Translations under genes and position numbers: made by a program
Source of the DNA: an uncultured Actinomycetes bacterium
GTDB lineage: Bacteria; Actinomycetota; Actinomycetes; S36-B12
NCBI GenBank assembly: GCA_903832025.1
Contig: CAIKZY010000058.1
Span: 3,527 to 67,526, forward strand
DNA: 64,000 nucleotides
Direction: 5' to 3'
Part shown: in pieces, positions 29,273-37,747 of the stretch
Layout of the letters: the number at the start of each line of letters is the position of its first letter
How positions within the stretch are numbered: position 1 is the stretch's first letter
Notes under the pieces: model-generated
Told to the model about the DNA's origin: nothing
The model's database searches: none
What the model saw: only the letters and a program-made list of their open reading frames with translations

Positions 29273-29500
29273 GTTGTTCAGCTCCTGACATCGTCTTGTT
29301 CGTGGCCGAACTCAGGCGACACATCTCGTGCAGCTCATGACACCGAAAAAGTACATTCTGGGCAGATCTTCACTTCGGCGCAACCTCCGTCTGCGGCTCA
29401 GAACCTTACCAAAGGTCCACGCGAATATTCGACCCTCCGCCTGAGCTGATCAGGAGCACCTTGGTGTGCGGTCTACCGGAGAAACTTCACTTGAGGGCAT

Positions 29501-29521
29501 GCCGCAGGGGGACCCTGCGGC
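29501..29521 (-). terminator. Perfect 9-bp GC hairpin immediately after the GNAT gene stop
   Basis: gccgcaggg-gga-ccctgcggc, ending 2 nt from the stop codon at 29524..29526. No U-tract, which is common in GC-rich actinobacterial terminators. Confidence 0.5.
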
Positions 29522-29523
29522 TC

Positions 29524-30381
29524 TCAGTGGAAACTGCCCGTTTTCCGCACTACGTGAAACGTATTGATAGCCCGGGTAGGGACGAATCCGAGACGACACC
29601 AGGTGCGCATGACCGAGACATTGGCCGCCTGCGTAGAGATCACGATGCGCTGAATACTCATTGACGATGCGCGCAGGGCGACAGCACGGACCATGTCTGA
29701 GTACAGCCCCATTCGTCGTTGACTCGGGACAATGCCGGCTAGGACAATCTCGTGACAGTTCTCCTGTGACTCATCCAGGACGCAAATGCCGACTGGTTCA
29801 GTGTTCGGATTTCTCGCGACCCAAACCGATCCAGATTCCGATTCCAGGAAATTTGCGGTCCAATCCTGATAGGCATCCACGAGGTCGATTTTCGCCAACT
29901 GAATATTTGTCGAGTAATGATTGCGGTAGTCGGCAAATATTTCAGCCACAAGTTGATCTGCCAATTGACGATCATCCTTATGGAGTTGCCGCATTTCAAC
30001 ACTGTCAGCTGACGACTGCTCACGCTCGGAGCTCAACTCGAAGTACAACAGCGTGTCAGCCTGCCAGGACATAAATTCAGAACATTGCAGGTCTGCACCG
30101 AAGCTCATGTTTGAAGCATCTGCCCGGATAATCACCACGTCATAGTCTGAGTGCGAAATGATGCGCCGAATGGCTTCAGCGCTTGCTGCACCTGATGACC
30201 AGACATTGAGTCGACCAACGTGAACTCCGCTTGCGCGTGACTCCGCCTGCGATTCCACAATGCATAGGTCGGCTGACGATGAACGAAATGTCTCTAACAC
30301 GTACAACCTCCATCCAGATCGCCCACGTCGTTGTTCCAGGAGACTCTGTCCCGAGCGCGCCCGCCACAGTCTAAAACGCAA
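29524..30381 (-). CDS. Two-domain GNAT N-acetyltransferase (WecD-like architecture)
   Basis: C-terminal GNAT core: IVLAGIVPSQRRMGLYSDMVRAVALRA...ISTQAANVSVMRTWCRLGFVP. The ~130-aa N-terminal domain is of unknown function. The start is uncertain. Confidence 0.65.
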   Translation of the reverse strand: MRFRLWRARSGQSLLEQRRGRSGWRLYVLETFRSSSADLCIVESQAESRASGVHVGRLNVWSSGAASAEAIRRIISHSDYDVVIIRADASNMSFGADLQCSEFMSWQADTLLYFELSSEREQSSADSVEMRQLHKDDRQLADQLVAEIFADYRNHYSTNIQLAKIDLVDAYQDWTANFLESESGSVWVARNPNTEPVGICVLDESQENCHEIVLAGIVPSQRRMGLYSDMVRAVALRASSMSIQRIVISTQAANVSVMRTWCRLGFVPTRAINTFHVVRKTGSFH

Positions 30382-30649
30382 TGAGGGGCTCGTGCGAGGT
30401 CGATGTCAATCCGCGTTGCTTGAATCGGATGGCAGACCGCGAGTCCGATTCAATCGTGCCGACAGTGCACACGCACGACACTATCTACCGGCCTGCCGAG
30501 CAAGAGGGGAAGGCGGAGAATCCCGAGTGGTACCACCATCAGCCGCAGGTATTCGGTCTCGGTGGCTGGAATCTGAGGTCCGCGCACGGTGACGATGCCG
30601 TATAGGGGTGCGATACTTTGATCGCACATACTGACCTGCCACCGTTCGA

Positions 30650-32908
30650 GTGCACCCAGCGCACTCAGGTGCCGATCACGGGGATGGACCGTCCATGAGT
30701 CACGCGAGGGCCGGCGAGCTACTGGCGCTTCGAAATACCTTTCTTCTCGCGATGCTCGTCTTCGCGACCGCGGAAGCATTCCTGCTTTTCGGGGGAGGAA
30801 GCACCGAAACCAACTTCCTGTCCGCATGTGCAATTGCCGCGCAGGCATTTGGTGGTGTCCTGATCGTCAGTAGCCTGACCAGAAATCCAGTCAGCACGGC
30901 TTACGCACTGTCTATCGGCTTGCCCGTCGGCATGTGCACGGCACTTCTCAGCGCAACCCTCCTGCTCCACGCACTGTCTTGGGTGTCCAGTTGCGTCGTT
31001 CCGCTAGCTCTTGGCGTTCTGTCCGTGGTGTTCAGCCGGCGAACCGCCGCAATCCGCCTTCCGAGGCCGATGCAGTTCCCGATTGCCGCGGGCTTGGCAG
31101 CACCGCTGATCATCAGCGCAGGACAGATTTGGAAACTGTACCCGCTCTCAGGGAACCCATGGTGGCGGGTGAATCTCGATGATCCACTCCACGCGTCCTT
31201 TGCCGCAACTATGGCTGCTGTTGGCCCACTGCATAACCTGGCTGCCATCGCCGGGGGTGGCATCCGTTACCACTGGTTTGCCGACGCCTGGATTGCCAAC
31301 ATCGCCCAGATGAGCACATCGAACGTCTACTGGGCGATGTCTCGACCGTTGCTCATCGTCACGATGATCGTCGTGGTAAACGGACTGTGGGCATTGAGTG
31401 GCTTGGTGACTCAATCGGTGCCAGCGCGTTGCTTCGGGGTGTTTCTCGGGACGTGTGGATCGATTCTTACCGTGCGGTACGGGGAGTTCTCGCCTTTCAC
31501 CCTGGATGCCTCCCGACCGACTTTTCAATTTGGCTTGATGCTCTTCCTCGCCCTGTCCGTGATGTTTTTGCGACTCGCGAAGGAACCGCCGAGCCTTCGG
31601 GGTGACATCCTCATTGCTTTCCTAGCCTTCGCCAGTATCGGAAGCCGGATCACGAATGTCCTGCTCATCGGGCTTTGCACGATCACGGTCGTGGGTGTTG
31701 CACTCGCGAGCAAGGGTTACGTCCGGGAGATCTGCCGTCTGGCATGTGCTGTGTCTATCGGTTCGGTCGCAGGGCTCATTCTGCTCATCTTGCCTCCCGC
31801 GGGTTCCTCGTACGGGAATGCTTGGCTGTTCGGCTACTCCCATCGATTTGCTGACCTGATGGGAATGACACCGTTCTACTCCAGCAGCGGTTTTGCCATC
31901 GGGGTCATTGCCAGCCTTGTCGCGGCGTGCCTCGGGGGATACGGCCTCATCTTCTTCTTCTTGCAACGCAGCCGTCGAAATCTCCTCATCTACTGGCTCC
32001 TAGCGATCGCGGTGGCGGGCATCATCGGCGTGACATTCACACACCAGAACGGTGATTCGCAGGAGACGTTCATCCAGGAAGTGCAACCGTTCATCCTGCT
32101 GGGTGGCGGCCTAGGCGGTGCCTGCGCAATCGAATTCCTGGCCACCCGGTATCGGGCAGTTCCGGGCTTCCGTAAATTTGTTCTGCTGCTGACCGTCGTC
32201 GCATGCGCAATCGGCGGGATCTCCGTGTGGGCGTGGCCTCACCTGTTCGGTTTTCGATTTGACGGAATCGCTCGCACGCTCTTTCCATTCGCATTTCTTG
32301 GTGCCGGCGTACTCCTGAGTGTTGCGGCACGCACTGCGTGCCTTCCAGATCTGTCTGTGCGCCGGACCATCATGGCGACTTCGTGGACGGTCAGTTGCAT
32401 GGTCCTCGCAGCAAGCGTGCTCGGCACTGCCTTTCATGTCATGACGCCCGCTGACCAGCCGAATATCACCGACGATTACGTCATGAGTGACGCAGCGCTG
32501 AACGCGGGGCAGTGGGTGAAGGATCACACTCCAATAGACACTGTCATGGCAACGAACCGCCAGTGCACGGCTCCTGGGGCCTTGCCCCCAAATTGCCCCT
32601 CCACTGCGTTCACGGTCTCGGCACTTGCATCCCGGCAGGCACTGTTTGAGGGTCGATCCTTCAGCGTGACGCAGGAGGTCGACATCAGTGCTCCAAGATT
32701 CCAATGGGCGCGCGATCTGATGCTGAACAGCTATGAGTTTGGACTGCACCCGACGAAGTCCGAACTGAACTTTCTCTGGTCGCGGGGTGTTCGGTACTTC
32801 TGGGTCGATCACCTTGTCCCGCATGCCGCAACTTGGTCGCCGTACGCAAGTGTGGTCTACGAGAATTCAGCCGCAACGATCCTGAAACTGCATCCACCAA
32901 GCCCCTGA
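30650..32908 (+). CDS. 752-aa polytopic membrane protein, GT-C-like; paralog of 17174..19456 and 2..1657
   Basis: At least 14 helices. Loop motif NLDDPLHASFAATMAAVGPLHNLAAIAGGGIRYHW. C-terminal soluble domain ending GVRYFWVDHL...VVYENSAATILKLHP. The start is GTG 30650 or ATG 30695. Confidence 0.65.
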   Translation: MHPAHSGADHGDGPSMSHARAGELLALRNTFLLAMLVFATAEAFLLFGGGSTETNFLSACAIAAQAFGGVLIVSSLTRNPVSTAYALSIGLPVGMCTALLSATLLLHALSWVSSCVVPLALGVLSVVFSRRTAAIRLPRPMQFPIAAGLAAPLIISAGQIWKLYPLSGNPWWRVNLDDPLHASFAATMAAVGPLHNLAAIAGGGIRYHWFADAWIANIAQMSTSNVYWAMSRPLLIVTMIVVVNGLWALSGLVTQSVPARCFGVFLGTCGSILTVRYGEFSPFTLDASRPTFQFGLMLFLALSVMFLRLAKEPPSLRGDILIAFLAFASIGSRITNVLLIGLCTITVVGVALASKGYVREICRLACAVSIGSVAGLILLILPPAGSSYGNAWLFGYSHRFADLMGMTPFYSSSGFAIGVIASLVAACLGGYGLIFFFLQRSRRNLLIYWLLAIAVAGIIGVTFTHQNGDSQETFIQEVQPFILLGGGLGGACAIEFLATRYRAVPGFRKFVLLLTVVACAIGGISVWAWPHLFGFRFDGIARTLFPFAFLGAGVLLSVAARTACLPDLSVRRTIMATSWTVSCMVLAASVLGTAFHVMTPADQPNITDDYVMSDAALNAGQWVKDHTPIDTVMATNRQCTAPGALPPNCPSTAFTVSALASRQALFEGRSFSVTQEVDISAPRFQWARDLMLNSYEFGLHPTKSELNFLWSRGVRYFWVDHLVPHAATWSPYASVVYENSAATILKLHPPSP

Positions 32909-32989
32909 CCGATCGAGCTCGAGCCTGCATCGACCAGGGATGTCACATCGCCAATCGCTGGCAGCAGGTGAGTCCGCCGGAGCCAGGAC

Positions 32990-33592
32990 TTATGCCTGCG
33001 GCGGGGGGGCCTGGGTTGGACCGGTTACCGGCTCATGGGTCAGCGCCTTGAACAACCAGTGAACGACGACAAGGTGCACATTCTCAAGAACCTGCATATC
33101 GGTGGAGTCAACTCGCAACTCAATATCGGCGAAGTTCGAGATTTGACCTCCGTTGCGCCCAACAAGCACTGCGACGGGATATCCGTTGGCCTGTGCCCAG
33201 GAGGCTGCATTGACCACATTCGGCGAGTTACCACTTCCCGATATGGCCAGGACCGCGTCTCCGGGACGAACGAGCTGCTGGAGTTGATTGCGCATCGCGT
33301 CGTCAAACCCGAAGTCATTCGCCCACGCGGACTGGGTGATCGCCTGCTCATTGATGGACAGCGCTCGAATCGGCGAATCCAAGCTCGAGCCGATGCCCTT
33401 GCCCACATCGCAGGCCAAATGCGAGCCCGTTGACGAGGAACCGCCATTTCCCATGATCCACAGAATTCCATCGGTCTGTTGAAGGCCGAGAATCAGATGC
33501 GCCAATTGCTCGAGGACGGATTGATTCAAGGACGCAATAGCAGACATAGTGTCGTCAAGGCTCTGCTGCGCTCGCGCGATATCAAGACTCAT
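32990..33592 (-). CDS. gmhA: Phosphoheptose isomerase (SIS domain)
   Basis: ILWIMGNGGSSSTGSHLACDVGKG and VLAISGSGNSPNVVNA. ATG 33592 gives 200 aa and overlaps the hddA stop by 11 nt. The listed longer ORF overlaps hddA. Confidence 0.8.
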   Translation of the reverse strand: MSLDIARAQQSLDDTMSAIASLNQSVLEQLAHLILGLQQTDGILWIMGNGGSSSTGSHLACDVGKGIGSSLDSPIRALSINEQAITQSAWANDFGFDDAMRNQLQQLVRPGDAVLAISGSGNSPNVVNAASWAQANGYPVAVLVGRNGGQISNFADIELRVDSTDMQVLENVHLVVVHWLFKALTHEPVTGPTQAPPPQA

Positions 33593-34547
33593 GGATGACG
33601 CCCGCTCCTTGGCTACTGATTCGGAAATCCAGTCGCTGAGGAAAGCTCTCGTGGAATTGCTCCTGAGCATGCGCTGGCACGTAAAACGCAATATAGCCAC
33701 TTCCGCCTGCCCCGAGGAGCTTGCCACCCGTAGCGCCACTGGACATGCCGCGTTGGTATTGCTGATCCACGTCCGGATTGGTCACATCCGGGGCCACCTC
33801 CCGCTTCAGTTGCCATGCCTCGTGCAGCAGTGGGCCGATATCATCCATGTTCCATGACAGGGCATGCTGACCTTGTTTCACAAGGGCTACCATTCGTCGT
33901 GTCAGATTCTCCGCACTTGACCCAGCAGCCAATGATTGGGACTGCTTGGCAAGCAGGTCACTGGCGCTTCGTGGTTTGCCAACCGGCACGAGATGAAGTC
34001 GGGATTCCAGGGAGGCGACATCCGCTGCCCGCAGACCGAGCTGTTCAACATGCACGGCACCGCCGCCGAATCGAAGAACATTGATCCCGCCAAGGGCACT
34101 CGCCCACTGATCTTGAAACCCAATGGGCTCACGGAGCACATCAATTTCAATCTCGCACGCCTCACGCGCAAGGTCGGCCGGCGTGGAGACTTGGCCACAC
34201 ACATGACGGACAAATGCCAGGAACGCGACAGTAAACGATGATGAGCTACCAAGTCCTGTGCCTGCAGGCACATCGGACATCACGGCAAGGTCAATATCGC
34301 TCACGCCGTAGCGGGCGAGGACTTCCCGTGCTATCGGATGGCGTAGCAAGCCGGGATGTTCGACGTCCTCGCTGATCGAGTACTTCAGGACGATCCCAGT
34401 TCGGTGCGTGAACGGATGCCCGACGATGAAGACCCGGCGATCGATCGCAAACGACAGCACAGCACCATCGTTGTGCTCAAGGAAGGCAGGCAGATCACTG
34501 CCGCCTCCGAACAGACTTACCCTGAGCGGGGCCTGCGCTATCAGCAT
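33582..34547 (-). CDS. hddA: GHMP-family sugar kinase, D-glycero-alpha-D-manno-heptose 7-phosphate kinase-like
   Basis: APLRVSLFGGGSDLPAF and DVPAGTGLGSSSSFTVA (GHMP motif). It sits between gmhA and the HddC-GmhB fusion. Confidence 0.75.
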   Translation of the reverse strand: MLIAQAPLRVSLFGGGSDLPAFLEHNDGAVLSFAIDRRVFIVGHPFTHRTGIVLKYSISEDVEHPGLLRHPIAREVLARYGVSDIDLAVMSDVPAGTGLGSSSSFTVAFLAFVRHVCGQVSTPADLAREACEIEIDVLREPIGFQDQWASALGGINVLRFGGGAVHVEQLGLRAADVASLESRLHLVPVGKPRSASDLLAKQSQSLAAGSSAENLTRRMVALVKQGQHALSWNMDDIGPLLHEAWQLKREVAPDVTNPDVDQQYQRGMSSGATGGKLLGAGGSGYIAFYVPAHAQEQFHESFPQRLDFRISSQGAGVIHES

Positions 34548-35812
34548 CCCAGGATCTCCAATGCTCGGGCGATGGCTGTCTGCGCATCTGCATAACAGTC
34601 TTCACGTTCCAACTCGTGGCAGTCTGGCGATACGTGCACAAATTGCATACCCGTCGCTTCGGCCAGGCCGCGATCGCGGTCGGAATCACCGACCAGGACG
34701 CTCTGACTGAGATCCAGTCGATGCGCTGCAGCTGCGCCCCGAGCCAAACCGGGTGACGGCTTTCGGCATTGGCACTGCACTTTGAGTTCAGGGACCTCAT
34801 CGGTGAATCCCATATCCGGATGATGCGGGCAAAACCAGTAGTCATCGACGAAAGCGCCCTGCAGTGCCAGCAATTCATCCATTCGCGCACGTACGGACTC
34901 ATGTGCTGCAAAGGTCAGCCAACCCTTTGCGATCGCCGGTTGATTCGTCACTACTATCACGGGAATTCCCCGATCATTTGCGCGGGCAATCTGCCGTGCA
35001 ACGCCAGGAAGCAAGTGATAGGTGTCAGCGGAGGCCGCCGTGGAGTCATCGGGGTTGAGCACACCGTCTCGGTCAAGGAGCAGGGCCGGGCGATCTTGCA
35101 AGGCTCCGCGACGGGCGAATGCTCCCGAGTTCACATCGTCACGTGCATCGTGGAGCCGAGAGGCAGTACCCGTATCCTTGAAGTAATGACTTGATACGAA
35201 CGCAAAAAGGTCATCGGAATCTGCAGCAGCCGGCAGGACATCTGATCCGAAGTCTTTCAAATGCGCATACTTACGCAGGCCAGTCTGGCTAATGGCAAAA
35301 ATCCCAGCTGAAGACATGTTCGGCAGATGCTGCCGTGGCAAGGACTTGGAGACGACATCGACCTGCCCGGAGTGACGTCGAACCACTGCATCACTGTCCT
35401 CCGGATGCCGACTGGGGTGGACGACAACGGCGACACTGCGATCGCTGGCCCGCCATTGGTTTATGAAATCCTGCACAGGAAATGCCATGAGAATGTCACC
35501 GAGCACGATCAGCAGATCATTGTCAGTCTGCTCGGCAGCCAAAACGGCCGCTGACACCGTACCTTGCTGCTCAGCCTCAGTTACGACCTGAAGTTCAAGA
35601 CCAGCAGGATCCACCTGACTACAGATGTGCTGCACCTGCTCCGAGAGATGTCCTGCGATCACGAGCACGTGCTGAATACCGGATTGGTGCAGTGTTTGCA
35701 GGTGCCACTCCAAAAGTGACTTCCCGTCAATCACCTGGGCCAGCTTGGCCTGTTCAGGATTTGCAGACCGAGTTCCCTTGCCACCGGCCAGGATGGCGGC
35801 TGAAACAGTCAC
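34541..35812 (-). CDS. Fusion protein: heptose-1-phosphate nucleotidyltransferase (HddC-like) + D,D-heptose 1,7-bisphosphate phosphatase (GmhB-like HAD)
   Basis: N-terminal half: AAILAGGKGTRS...VIDGKSLLEW. C-terminal half: LLLDRDGVLN, VVTNQPAIAKG, CPHHP...CQCRKPSPG and VGDSDRD. GTG 35812 forms a GTGA overlap with the upstream stop; the alternative GTG is at 35824. Confidence 0.8.
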   Translation of the reverse strand: MTVSAAILAGGKGTRSANPEQAKLAQVIDGKSLLEWHLQTLHQSGIQHVLVIAGHLSEQVQHICSQVDPAGLELQVVTEAEQQGTVSAAVLAAEQTDNDLLIVLGDILMAFPVQDFINQWRASDRSVAVVVHPSRHPEDSDAVVRRHSGQVDVVSKSLPRQHLPNMSSAGIFAISQTGLRKYAHLKDFGSDVLPAAADSDDLFAFVSSHYFKDTGTASRLHDARDDVNSGAFARRGALQDRPALLLDRDGVLNPDDSTAASADTYHLLPGVARQIARANDRGIPVIVVTNQPAIAKGWLTFAAHESVRARMDELLALQGAFVDDYWFCPHHPDMGFTDEVPELKVQCQCRKPSPGLARGAAAAHRLDLSQSVLVGDSDRDRGLAEATGMQFVHVSPDCHELEREDCYADAQTAIARALEILGC

Positions 35813-36738
35813 GAAGTCGCCCACTCCTTGATCAGATCCTCAGCAGCACGGCGAACCGCCTGTTGAGAGGTACTGTCAATCACAAAGCCAGCCGAGCGCA
35901 TCGCGGCGGTGTCGAATTCGTATCGAGGAACATCACCTGGCCACCCAAAGGGAGAGTTCTCATACGTGATGGTCGGATCCACTCCCAGCGCACTGCACAC
36001 CTCAGCAGCAATTGTGCGCACGCTGACCAGATCCGGCGGACCGATATTGATTCGCGTTACTCCTGAGTCCAGATTTCGCTGGAAGAATTGAATGCCGTCG
36101 ATCAGGTCGTGGACGTGAACGTACGGCTTGGTCTGGTGGCCATCGCCCAGGACTGCAAGATGGGAGGGGTCGGCCTGGAGCTTTCTGATGAAGTCAAAAA
36201 CAACACCATGGGTGGCAAGTGGGCCCACCACGTTCGGGAAGCGCACGAACAACATGGAAAGTTCGGGTTGACTCACCTGCAGTGATTCCAGCACGTATTC
36301 GCTGGCAAGCTTGGCCTTTCCGTACCAGCTCACCGGGCTGGGAGGGGTGCTGGGGGACTCGGGGATCGCGCCCTGGATTGGGCCGAAAATCGCTGACGAC
36401 GAAGCGAACACCAGCCGATCCACTGTGGTGCGATCCAGCGCGATTCGCAATGCGATCGTCGTCATCAAGGTATCGCCGAAGTCCAAGCTCGCATCAGCAA
36501 CGCCAGCCGAGATGTCGCTGTTTGCTGCCAAGTGATAGATCACTTCGGGTCGAATTCGACCGATGACATCGCTGAGCACATGAGCATCCTGCGCATCCGC
36601 TTCGATGAAAGCTCCAGTGAAGGCACGTGTGGCGTCCGGCCGCCGGTCCACGACGACGACGTCCCTGCCCTGGGCCATCAGTCGTCGGGCAAGATTTCTC
36701 CCCACGAACCCAGATCCGCCGATGATCAAATCGTGCAC
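35809..36738 (-). CDS. NAD-dependent epimerase/dehydratase (extended SDR), first gene of the heptose operon
   Basis: DLIIGGSGFVGRNLARRL, ASSSAIFG and SWYGKAKLASE (YxxxK). Confidence 0.75.
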   Translation of the reverse strand: MHDLIIGGSGFVGRNLARRLMAQGRDVVVVDRRPDATRAFTGAFIEADAQDAHVLSDVIGRIRPEVIYHLAANSDISAGVADASLDFGDTLMTTIALRIALDRTTVDRLVFASSSAIFGPIQGAIPESPSTPPSPVSWYGKAKLASEYVLESLQVSQPELSMLFVRFPNVVGPLATHGVVFDFIRKLQADPSHLAVLGDGHQTKPYVHVHDLIDGIQFFQRNLDSGVTRINIGPPDLVSVRTIAAEVCSALGVDPTITYENSPFGWPGDVPRYEFDTAAMRSAGFVIDSTSQQAVRRAAEDLIKEWATS

Positions 36739-36791
36739 TGGCGCAGTGTACCGCTACTGAATACCGCTTCCCGATCCCTGATAATGGCATT

Positions 36792-37637
36792 GTGCCCTTA
36801 CCCGTCTCCGTTCAGATCTGCACATTGAACGAGGAACTGAACATCGGTCCCTGCCTTGAAGCTGTGCTCGCGAACGACCCGGCTGAGATGATCGTCATCG
36901 ATGGCGGATCCACCGATCGCACAGTGGAGATCGCGCAGTCCATGGGTGCAATTGTCCTGCAGCCAGGTCGACTGGGTCTGGGACCTTCACGACGACTGGG
37001 ATACCTGACAACAACCAGGACCTACACCGCATTTGTCGATGCAGACGACAGGCTGCCAAGTGCATGGCTGTCGACGATGCTCTCGGAGTTGGAATCCGGC
37101 CAGTACTCCGCACTGCAAAGTTCCTTGCGCGCAGTCGTCAACGGGAGCTTCTGGAGTCGGGGCTGGGATCAGTACTTCCGCGAAAGCGTCCGTCCGGTTG
37201 CCGACACCAACATTGTGGGCCGTCCCGCGCTCTTCGTCACGTCAGCCTTGCAGTCGGACTCCGCTGAACTGACGTCCTTGGATGAGGACACCCATCTTTC
37301 GCGACGCTTTGAACTCGCTGGACTGCGTCAAGGCATCGGAACTGCTGTTGCACATCGCATTTGCGAGGACACATGGTCAGAGAACGCGCGCAAATGGAAG
37401 TCGTACGGGCGCGGATATCGAGGATTCGTGGCTGAGCATCCTGAACGACATCGCGCGATCGTCAAGCACATGGTCTATACGATCCCCTTTGCACGAGGGT
37501 GGCGGCCCGTCCTGCGGGGCGCATACTGGCAACCGGCATTCGCCGCTTTGATGTCTGCGAACGTCATATACGGATGGTTTCGCGCAGGTGGCAGCGAAAC
37601 ACCGAAGCTCTCGATGAGCACACCGCCAGAGAGCTAG
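36792..37637 (+). CDS. Glycosyltransferase family 2
   Basis: VSVQICTLNEELNIGPCLEAVLANDPAEMIVIDGGSTDRT and FVDADD. Confidence 0.8.
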   Translation: MPLPVSVQICTLNEELNIGPCLEAVLANDPAEMIVIDGGSTDRTVEIAQSMGAIVLQPGRLGLGPSRRLGYLTTTRTYTAFVDADDRLPSAWLSTMLSELESGQYSALQSSLRAVVNGSFWSRGWDQYFRESVRPVADTNIVGRPALFVTSALQSDSAELTSLDEDTHLSRRFELAGLRQGIGTAVAHRICEDTWSENARKWKSYGRGYRGFVAEHPERHRAIVKHMVYTIPFARGWRPVLRGAYWQPAFAALMSANVIYGWFRAGGSETPKLSMSTPPES

Positions 37638-37747
37638 CGTCTGAGCACTCGCTTCCGTCGAACGATCCTCACAGGGATCGGCATGACACGTCACCGGATT
37701 GACCGCACACCAGTCATACCTGTTCCAGCACTGCATGCTTCGAGACA

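Noticed and set aside
29273-29500. Small ORFs (29261..29449 and 30381..30605) and possible regulatory RNA in the two largest intergenic regions (about 230 and 268 nt).
   Set aside because: The ORF translations have no protein-like features and no RBS. I could not identify a conserved riboswitch-like structure by eye. Only the hairpin at 29501..29521 is reported.
32913-32922. 10-nt DNA palindrome tcgagctcga in the convergent gap between the 752-aa membrane-protein gene and gmhA.
   Set aside because: It is too short, has no loop, and has no second copy that I could find. It is most likely a chance palindrome, not an operator or terminator.
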